Source: Azolla caroliniana (taxonomy: Eukaryota > Plantae > Polypodiophyta). From it: DNA of 15,247 bases. The position numbers were made by a program, and so were the translations under genes. The stretch covers positions 1 through 15,247 of the forward strand of contig JBHGNT010000807.1 of assembly GCA_043228905.1 (NCBI GenBank), given 5' to 3'. Of this stretch, positions 1 to 9,049 are shown in pieces. The notes beneath the pieces are model-generated. The model was not told the origin of the DNA. It did no database searches and was given only the letters and a program-made list of their open reading frames with translations. Positions within the stretch are counted from its first letter, which is position 1, and the number at the start of each line of letters is the position of its first letter.

Positions 1-756
1 AGTCGGGTGGGAACCGCCGAGGTTTTGGACTAGGAGAAAGAAGAATATGAGATGAGGCTAGTAATAAATAGATTATTAGAAAGAGAGATAGAAATTTCGT
101 GAATCCCACGAGTGTATTTTATTCGATTAATCAATATTTAGATAAGAATATGTATTTAGATTGAAAGAAAGATATAAGAAACTTGTGAATCCCACAAGTA
201 TAGATTATATTATTTTCGTGAATCCCACGATTATATTAATCGGTTGGTGTTTTCGGAAATATATCCAATTTCCAAATATTTCACACGCCTATTACATTGT
301 GCTCCCCATCCTTATGTAGTGATGGGAGAGACTAAGCATAGCTACATGCTTTTTTTCTAATATATTCATGCACACTAAATGTGCATGTGATGCTTTTCTA
401 ATCCTTGCTTTTATTTGCTAAATATAGTGCTCATGCACGCTAGATGTGCATGAGTCACTTTTTTGTTGCTTGCATTTTTCTATAAAATATTCACGCACTC
501 TAAAAATGCACGATTTATCTTTGAATAAAGGTAGGTGCAAATAAAGCACTTATAGTTATTAAATCTATTTGTAAAACACTAAAGATAAGGTAGCATAATG
601 GTAAAGTTAAGGTTTGGTTACGTGGAGGTACAGGGTTCGAATCCTACCTTATGCACGTGATAAATATCTTGATATATTATTTTATTTATTTATATGTAAT
701 TAAATCGGTTATATTATTTTTACTTTTTCACGTAGTGTACGAAATACACTACGACA
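1..756 (-). mobile_element. LTR, family A, copy A1 (5' LTR or solo LTR; about 32 bp cut off by the left window edge)
   Basis: 1-83 aligns with 4007-4089 and 84-~330 aligns with 9420-~9666. Both copies end in ...CGTAGTGTACGAAATACACTACGACA (756 and 10081). Copy A2 begins TGTCGT at 3975, giving TGTCGT/ACGACA terminal inverted repeats. Orientation comes from the PPT beside copy A2. No PPT follows 756; copia gag sequence starts immediately. Confidence 0.9.
584..654 (+). promoter_or_regulatory. tRNA-derived Pol III type-2 promoter-like cassette (A box + B box) inside LTR A1
   Basis: A box TAGCATAATGG 591-601 and B box GGTTCGAATCC 634-644. ATAAGGTAG 585-593 is the reverse complement of CTACCTTAT 644-652. 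A TTTT run follows at 680-683. There is no intact anticodon arm. Confidence 0.75.
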
Positions 757-3700
757 TCGTTGGGAGGCATGCTCAAGCTCACCGGCTCCAACTATTCCAT
801 GTGGAAGTCGAAGATGAAGGACATGCTCGTGGTTAAAGATCTTTGGTTGCTAGTTCAGTTCGGGGACAAGAGACCAGACAAAATCGACGCCACGAGATGG
901 GAGGTGATGCACATGAAGACAACGGCATAGATATGGTGCTTCATCGACATGAGCCTATACAACAACTTCAATGAAGAGAGCAAGGCTCAGGACCTCTGGG
1001 AGAAGATTGGCATTATGTTTTAGAACAAAAATGATGTTAACCAGGTTTCGGTATTCCGGAAGCTAGTAAGACTCCGGTACCAAGATGGCTCCAGCATGGC
1101 GGAGCACATGAATGCCTTTCAGGGGCTGATACACCAGGCAACATCATTGGAAATACCTCTCGCCAATGAGGTACTAGCGGTACTCTTGCTCGGTTCCCTC
1201 CCGGATAGCTGTGAGACGTTGGTTGTCACTTTGGGCAACGCAGGGCCGGAAGGGAAACAATTATCCCTAGCAAGAGTGAAGTCGAGCTTGCTAGATGAGG
1301 AGGCGCGTTGGAAAGATAAGGACACGAACTACGACTCCAAAGCGCTCCTTACCGAATCGGAACACGGAAGACAAAGGAACCGTAATCCCCAGAACCAGGA
1401 AAAATCGGGGACACAGTCAAAGTCAAGGGGGAGGCCTACTTGCTTCTATTGAGGCAAGCCGGGACACTACCAAAAGAACTGTCGGCATTTCCGTAAAGAC
1501 AAGGAAACCAATGGTACCGATTCGAAGCAAACCCCGGACCGGAACAGTAAAGACCGGAGGGGGCCGGACCGGAAGGGAACAACGGCAATCGCGGCAAGTG
1601 AAGAAGAGTTGATGCTCATCACCGAGGAGAGTGAGCTAAACCTTACCGACGACGAGATGACCTGGGTGGTCGACTCCGGAGCGTTGTTCCACCTTACCCC
1701 GAACCGGAAATGCTTCTCATCCTACTCAGCCGGTGATGACGGTTGTGTCCGTATGGGGAATGAAGGTACATGCCGAATTGTCAGCATAGGAGGCGTGTTG
1801 TTGAATACACCAACCAGATGCAAGCTGCTGCTGAAGGATGTCCCACATGTTCTGGAGGTTCGTCTGAAGCTGATATCAGCCGGTCGGCTAGATGATGAAG
1901 GTTACACTGGTAGCATCCGTAACGGTGTTATGAAGTTTAGCAAAGGGAGCCTGATTGTGGCTCGGGCCCGGAAGGTAAACACATTGTACCTTATGAATGC
2001 CTGGTTATGTCTGGAGGAAGTGAATGTGGCATCCGACACTCCGGTGAGTTGTGTCACATGAGGAGAAGGCGATAAGAGGCTTGCAGACAACAACCTCATT
2101 CGAGTTAAGAACGTGCACTTGGAGAACTACACTGACTGTTTGGCCGGTAAACAAAACCAGACCTCCTTCCGATCGAGACCACCGATGAGACATAATGCAC
2201 CACTCGAGTTGCTGCATACTGATGTATGTCAAGTGGACACGAAGTCACATGGTGGATCGCAGTATTTCGTGACGTTCATAGATGACCACAGTCGGAAGCT
2301 GTGGGCCACACCGTTGAAGACGAAGGATCAGGTGTTATCTGTCTTCAAAGAGCTCCACGCGAGAGTGGAAAGAGAAACTGGCCGGAAGCTGAAGGCGGTT
2401 CGAGCAAATAACGGAGGTGAATACCGGGGGTAGTTCGAGGAGTACTACCGCTCGAAGGGAATCCGGCTCGAATTTACTGTGCCGAAGATGCCGGAACTAA
2501 ACGGGCTGGCCGAGAGGATGAACCCAACCATAATGGAGAGGCTCCGGAGTATGTTGGCGCATGCAAAACTACCCAAGAAGTTTTGGGCTGAGGCACTGTC
2601 GACGGCGACATATGTGATAAACAGATCACCCTCAATACCCTTGGACGGAGACACGCGATAGAGAGTTTGTACCGGTAAGGAAGTGTCCTACCGGCATCTG
2701 AAGGTATTCGGGTGTCTCGCGTATGTGCATGTAGCTAAGGACCGGAGAGGAAAACTAGATTTGAAGACCCGACCATGCATATTCCTCGGTTACGGCGACG
2801 ATGAGTTCGGCTACCGAGTGTGGGACCTAGTCCAGAAGAAGGTATTCCGGAGTCGAGATATTATCTTCATGGAGGACAAGACGCTCGCCGACTAGGAGTC
2901 GGAGAAGAAGATAATAAACTCCGAGTTGACCGGTAAGGATCGATTCTACGATGAGCCGACCCAACCGGCAAGAGACCGGTTAGCACTCGAGGAACCAGCC
3001 GGTTACGGTGAGGATACTGAACCGGCAGAAGAAGAAGTAGAGGAAGCTGAAACCGGAACCGGCCAAGACCCCGAATCAGATTCAGATGAAGAGCAAATGG
3101 AGGAGCCGGTTACCGAAGCCCGAAGACGGAGATATCCTCTCAGAGAGAGAAGGCCCCCCCGGAGATTTCCGGATGCAGAGCATGTGCTGCTAACCGATGA
3201 GGGGGAGCTAGAAAGCTTCGAAGAAGCGAAGGATGACACCCACAACCGAAAATGGTTAAGTGCCATGCAGGATGAGATGGATTCCTTGCATGAGAACCAT
3301 ACGTACGAATTGGTGGAGTTGCCGAAAGGAAAGCGGGCAATCCGAAACAAGTGGGTGTACAAGTTGAAACCGAGAGATGCCGGCAACCCCCCGAGATACA
3401 AAGCCAGGATCGTGGTGAAGGGGTTCCAGTAGATGAAGGGCATGGACTTCGACGAGATATTTTCCCCGGTAGTAAAGATGACCTCTATCCGGACGGTGCT
3501 GAGTATAGCGGCAAGCATGGACCTCGAGGTAGAGCAGCTGGACGTGAAGACGATATTCCTTCACGGTGACCTCGAAGAGGAGATTTACATGTAGCAACCG
3601 GAAGGATTTGTGGAGAAAGGGAAGGAGCACCTGGTATACTGGTTGAAGAAGAGACTGTACGGACTGAAGCAGGCTTCCCGACAATGGTACCGGAAGTTCG

Positions 3701-3974
3701 ACTCCTTCATGACCGATCAAGGGTACCACAAGACGCAGACCGATCACTGTGTGTTTGTGAAGAATTTCGAAGGAGGCGACTTCCTGATACTCCTTCTGTA
3801 CGTGGACAAGATGTTGATCATCGGACGGGACCAAGCCAAAATACGGATGCTAAAGAAGGCTCTCAACCGGACCTTCTCAATGAAAGACTTGGGTCCGGCA
3901 AGACAGATGCTGGGGATGCATATCATCCGGAACCGGCCAACGAAGCAATTGTGGCTGTCGCAGGAGAAGTACGT
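757..3974 (+). mobile_element. Ty1/copia retrotransposon C (Tnt1/Tork-like), internal region only, interrupted at both ends by family A LTRs
   Basis: Copia domain order gag-PR-IN-RT is present. No LTRs of its own are in the window. RT breaks off at LWLSQEKYV|TGTCGT (3974/3975). Confidence 0.92.
769..3974 (+). pseudogene. Degenerate copia gag-pol polyprotein of element C
   Basis: Gag N-terminus MLKLTGSNYSMWKSKMKDML from 769. UBN2-type gag LLLGSLPDS. Zinc knuckle CFY*GKPGHYQKNC 1441-1482. Protease WVVDSGA 1663-1683. Integrase LELLHTDVC...YFVTFIDD...VRANNGGEY...ELNGLAERMN 2113-2895. RT NKWVYKLK...YKARIVVKGF, QLDVKTIFLHG, LYGLKQASRQW, LYVDK (degenerate YVDD) ~3250-3974. Multiple in-frame stops and a small indel near 2045-2100. 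Confidence 0.92.
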
Positions 3975-4089
3975 TGTCGTGCCTTTCGTCTCCGGATCGT
4001 TGCGTGAGTCGGGTGGGAACCACTGAGGTTTTAGACTAGGAGAAAGAAGAATATAAGATAAGGTTAGTAATGAATAGATGATTAGAAAG
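3975..4089 (-). mobile_element. LTR family A copy A2, left segment (split by insertion of element B)
   Basis: Starts TGTCGTGCC at 3975 exactly where copia C RT homology stops. 4007-4089 matches 1-83 (8 mismatches by eye). Confidence 0.9.
4085..4089. repeat. 5-bp target site duplication GAAAG of element B (left copy; right copy 9415-9419)
   Basis: ATTA-GAAAG-TGTTGAG... and ...TTCTACA-GAAAG-AGAGATAG. The uninterrupted site ATTAGAAAGAGAGATAG is present in LTR A1 at 75-91. Confidence 0.97.
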
Positions 4090-4524
4090 TGTTGAGAGAC
4101 AAGCTCAACATCGGCCGGATCGGCTGAAGAAGCCGAGGACCGGATCGGTTGGGACCGATCGGTTAGGCCGAATGCGTAAACCGGTACGCAGACCGGTGCG
4201 TAGGTAGGGCTGGATCGGTGCGGAAACCGGGAGGCCGTTAGGAAAGATATTCCGTGAGGAATATATTTGGGAGTTAGTGTAGGAGCTCTCAATGAGCATT
4301 GAAGTACTGTCAGTACTTTAGTCAGTCCTTCTAGGACTTGTATAAAAGTGTTCACTGAGCACGTCTTATGTACAGATCGAGTATTATTGTTGAATATAGT
4401 TCTTGTGATTTCACTCTCTCTGTCTCTCTCGTGTATACTGTGTAAGCTCAAGTTCTGCATTAAACCTAAGTTTTTCTTCCTTTAGTTCGGTCTTCATACT
4501 TGCTTCCGCACGCTACTTTCTACA
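4090..4524 (+). repeat. 5' LTR of element B (435 bp)
   Basis: TGTTGAGAGAC...CTACTTTCTACA, a direct repeat of 9050-9414 with 6 substitutions and a 70-bp indel. TATA-like TATAAAA at 4341-4347. Confidence 0.97.
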
Positions 4525-4535
4525 TGGTATCAGAG
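4525..4535 (+). promoter_or_regulatory. Primer binding site complementary to the 3' end of initiator tRNA-Met
   Basis: TGGTATCAGAG immediately after the 5' LTR; this is the standard plant copia PBS. Confidence 0.95.
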
Positions 4536-7500
4536 GGCGAGGGTTGAGAACCTCTCTGCAGCCGACACAGCTTGACGAAGAAGAGCAAGAAGAACGATGG
4601 ATAGAGGCATGGCGATCTTGCTTCCAACAAAGAAGCTTGACAGAACCAACTACGCGTTTTGGTCCTACAAGATGCACCAGTACCTGCTCGGGCACGGGTA
4701 CTGTAGTTATGTCGAAGGATCTAATGACGCGGCACCCAAATCGACACACAGAGACTTCCCGTCGTGGGAGCAATCGGCGAGCAGGGTATTATACTGCTTT
4801 GCATCGTGTGTGGGCGAACAACTATTGAGCTATGTTCGGGATGCCAAGATGCTGAAGGGTGCGTGTGAAAATCTGAAGAAGATTTTCGCCGCGAGCACCA
4901 CAGCGAGGAAGCTTCAGCTCCAACAGGAGTTGAGCAACCTACGACAACGCGACTTGTCGGTGGCGGACTATACCTCGAAGATCAAGGATATCTGCGACTC
5001 CCTCGGCTTCATAGAGGTGAACATCGAGGAGAGCGAGATGGTCCAGGTCTGTCTCGGAGGTTTGGCGTCGAAGTTCGGAGCGTTCCGAACGGCCGTGTGT
5101 ACCCGGGAGAATACGCCGTCCTTTTTCGACTTACAGTCAATGCTCCTGGTAGAGGAGAACCACGCGGGTGCGTCTACAAGCACGCACTGCGACAGTAGAA
5201 TGTTGTACACGGAGGGAGATAGGCCCCGTGGACGTGGAGGACGAGGCGAGTCGGCGCGCAATGGAGGCGGCCGACGAGATCAAGGAAGAAGGCACTGAAG
5301 TGATGCCGACAGCAACTCTGGACCCTCAAGAAATAGGGGGAGTCGAAGCGATGAGAACCGGCAAGGGAAGGCCATCGCGGAGTGTTGGTACTGTGGCAAG
5401 AAAGGCCACAGGGAAAGTGAGTGCTGGAAGAAGCGCGCCGATTCGGAGAGAACCGGTTCCGGAAACGGCTCCGGACATACCGACAAGGGAGATCGGCAGC
5501 GATCGCACTACGCCGAAGACTCCGGGAGAGCCGGAGAAGGGTCTACCTTCGTGACGAGACACGAAGCAAACTCAATGAAACAGACCACCCCGAGATCGGA
5601 TGAGGTGTGGTACGTAGACTCCGGCGCGTCAAACCACATGACGAGCCATAAGGAGTGGTTCTCGTACCTTGAAAAACTGATACAACCATAAGGTGTGGTA
5701 CGTAGACCACGTCAACTACCAGCGGCTTCAAGATCTGTAATTAAAAGAGGTAGTGTTCGGATTGCCCAAATTTAGTGGCCGAAAGGCACAAATTGGTGAA
5801 GCCTGCCAGCTCGGGAGGCAACACCGACTTCTTTTCCCCAATGAGCGAAACCGGAGCTGGAACAAGCTCAACCTTATACACTCCGATGTATTGGGGCCAA
5901 CACAAAACGTTAGTCTCGGCGGGAGCCGATATTTCGTCTCCTTCATCAACGACCACACGCGGCACATGTGGATTTACCTCATTGAGAGGAAGAGCGAAGT
6001 CTTCAACTGTTTTCGGGAACTCAAAGGGTTCGTGGAAACGGAAATTCAACAGTTATCTACAACAAATGGGAATTCGGCGCGAATTCAGTTGTAGATACAC
6101 GCCGGAGTAGAACGGCGTGGCCGAGAGGAAGAATCGGTCAGTTGTGGAAGCGGCACAGGCAATGCTAGAGGAGAAGAGCTTGCCCAAGTTCTATTGGGCC
6201 GAGGCGGTAAGGACCGCGGTATACATCCAGAACCGGATCGGAGACAAAGTGTCGGTGCACGAGCTATATTTCGGAACGAAGCCGAACTTGCGACACTTGA
6301 GGGTGTTCGGTAGCATTGCGTATGTGCATGTACCGATGGAGAAAAGGAGGAAGCTGGACCCAAAGGCCGAGAAATGCATCTTGGTCGGTTACTCGGACGA
6401 GCAGAAGGGCTATAAGTGCTATAACCCTCGCACCAAACAAGCGTGTGTTAGCCGTGACGTTATGTTTTACGAGTTTGCGTCCTGGTATCAACCCCCGACT
6501 CCGCACCCCGACTCCAATCCGAGCTCTGATGATGAGGTCAGCGAGGCCGAGATGCCTCCGGATGAGCCCGAAATCGAGTCCCGCGAAGAGAGTCCGATTT
6601 CACTCCGTTTAAGTGGACCGATTGGACGACTGAGTCGGTACGACCAATCCGATGAAGAGCCGACGAGTAGTGGAGACTCCGCCGTGCATTCCCCGCGTAG
6701 GAAGCTGAGGAGACGGCTTACACGCGAAGAGAAAGGGAAGAAGAAGGTGTCGGATTCCGGCACGGATAGGAACGGTCGGATCGACACGAGTCCGACTTCG
6801 AGGGAAGTGGCGACGGACCTTCAAGAACGAAGTCCGCGTCAGCCGAGAAGACCTCGACATCGGCAAATGACCGATTGCGCCAATCTACCTACCAAAAGAA
6901 CCCAGTTGTGCGGTTCGGATACAACGAGTACATGGCGCATCACTATGCGTACATGACCCGTGTAGCGGAAGTGCGTGAGCCGGAGAGCTATGCAGAAGCG
7001 GCTAAAGACGCGACTTGGCGTGCCACGATGGAAGAAGAGATGCACGCATTGGCGGAGAACGAGACTTGGGACTTGGTTGACACACCGAAGGGTGTGAAAC
7101 CGATCAGGTGTAGGTGGGTGTACAAGGTCAAGTACAACACCGATGGCTCGGTCAACCGGTACAAGGCTTAGCTAGTGGCAAAGGGCTACACGCAGAAACA
7201 CGGCATCGACTACGATGAGACATTTGCGCCGGTCGCGAAAATGACGACCGTCCGCGTTTTGCTCACAGTAGCTGCGGTGAAGGGGTGGCACTTACATCAG
7301 ATGGATGTAAAGAATGCGTTCCTGCAAGGTGACCTCGTGGAACATGTGTACATGGTACAGCCCCCCGGATTTCACTCTGGAACGAATTCCTCGGCAGTAT
7401 GCCGACCGAAGAAGTTCCTTTACGGACGGAAGCAAGCCCCGCGTGCCTGGAACGCGAAGATCACGCAACACTTGCTTCGGATGGGCTTCGTCACGTCAAA

Positions 7501-8508
7501 ATCGGACTCTTCCCTGTTCATCTGGAAAGGTCGACTCAGACCGGTTAGTATTTTACTATATGTTGATGACTTGGTCATCACCGGCGCCGACCTAGGTGAA
7601 ATCGACCGCGTGAAGCTCCAGCTTGCGGCATCGTTCGACATGAAGGATCTAGGGGACCTTCATTACTTCCTCGGGATCGAAGTGATCCGTACCCCCGAAG
7701 GCATATTGATCAGCCAACGTCATTACGTGCTAGGTATGTTGTTCAAATTCGGGATGGCCGACTATAAGTCCGTCTCGACTCCTCTAGACAGAACCGTCAA
7801 GCTTTGTCTCGATACGGGAAGGGTATGTGACCCGACGAGGTTCTGACAAATTGTCGGAAGCCTCATATACTTGACCATCACCCAACCCGACCTCAGTTAT
7901 CCGGTCAGAGTGATCAGTCAGTTCATGGCGCGACCTACCGAGGAGCACCACCAGTGTGCGCAATGCATACTTCGGTATGTCAACGGCACTAAGGACCAAG
8001 GACTGCTATATCGGACCGGTGCAGCCGCATAGTTAGTCGGCTACACCGATGCTGATTGGGCTAGCAATGCCGCCGATAGCCGATCCACGTCCGGATACGC
8101 GTTCTCCCTCGGAAGTGCCGCGATCGCGTGGAGCAGTAAGAAGCAGCCGACAGTTGCACTGTCGAGCACCGAAGCTGAGTACCGAGGAGCGGTTATTGCG
8201 ACATGCGAAGCCATATGGTTGAAGTGGTTACTTAAGGACCTGCAAGAGGAGGTGTCCAATCCAACGACGATCTACTGCGATAACCTCAACAGCATCCAAC
8301 TTGCGAAGAACCCCATCTTCCACGCACGGACCAAGCACATTGAGGTCCATTACCATTTCGTCCGAGATCGTGTCCTTCCCGGTGAAGTCGAACTTTAGTT
8401 TGTGCCGACGGATCAACAGACTGCCGACATCTTCACAAAGCCTCTTGGTTTGGACAAGTTGCGGCAATTCTCAGGTGCACTCGGATTGTGTCACCTCGAC
8501 GTGCCAAA

Positions 8509-8520
8509 CTTGAGGGGGAG
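8509..8520 (+). promoter_or_regulatory. Internal second PPT-like motif at the end of RNase H
   Basis: CTTGAGGGGGAG is identical to 9038-9049, which abuts the 3' LTR. Confidence 0.6.
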
Positions 8521-9040
8521 AAATGTCCCGAATGACCAAGCAAGGCAGCAGTAAAGGAACGGAGACTGTCACACCAAGTCGGTTGACTCGGTTGTCGAGT
8601 TCGACTTTGGATCGGCTGAAGAAGCCGAGGGCGGACCCGCGGAAAAGTCCGGAAGCGGACAGAAGGGGAACAGCCGAAGGAGGGAGCCGAAGCCAACCAC
8701 GCATGGGGAAGATGACGCCGTCAAGGGCGAGAAGACTGAAGACAAGTTGGAGACAGCCAACTCGGACGAGAGTGAAAACCGATCGGAGGTAGCCGAGTCG
8801 GTTCGGATGTTTGATTTAGATACGCTGAATCAACCGAGGCCCGAACGGAAGAAAAGGCAGCAGGAGAAGTGTCAACACCGGAACAACAGAAGAGCTGATA
8901 AGGGCCACATGAGCAGACAAGTCGACCGGAAGGGTCGAAGTGCGCGGAGTCGAACAGGTCGAGGAGCGCGAGCGAGGCGTGAAGCCAGGAGGAACTGGAG
9001 CTGTGAGCCCAAAGATCCCGAAGAGCCTCAAGTTGAGCTT

Positions 9041-9049
9041 GAGGGGGAG
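9041..9049 (+). promoter_or_regulatory. Polypurine tract of element B
   Basis: GAGGGGGAG directly before the TG of the 3' LTR. Confidence 0.93.

Noticed and set aside
99-228. GTGAATCCCAC repeats as a CRISPR-like array
   Set aside because: The repeats are only 11 bp, irregularly spaced, with the same intervening sequence in both LTR copies, in a eukaryotic TE context with no cas genes.
584-654. Functional tRNA genes at 584-654, 9914-9984 and 14727-14798
   Set aside because: The anticodon arms do not pair and the acceptor/T stems are incomplete, so they are reported as tRNA-derived promoter cassettes only.
731-756. Helitron 3' end or rho-independent terminator
   Set aside because: The hairpin sits at an LTR terminus ending in CA beside a PPT. 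There is no CTRR end and no bacterial context.
651-836. Hydrophobic ORFs 651-836 and 9981-10439 as membrane or env-like proteins
   Set aside because: They start in AT-rich LTR sequence and cross LTR boundaries; the hydrophobicity reflects T-rich composition.
3003-4460. Long minus-strand ORFs 3003-3518, 3256-3834 and 3744-4460 (also 8721-9350) as genes
   Set aside because: They are antisense shadows of RT or run across element junctions and LTRs, with no recognisable motifs.
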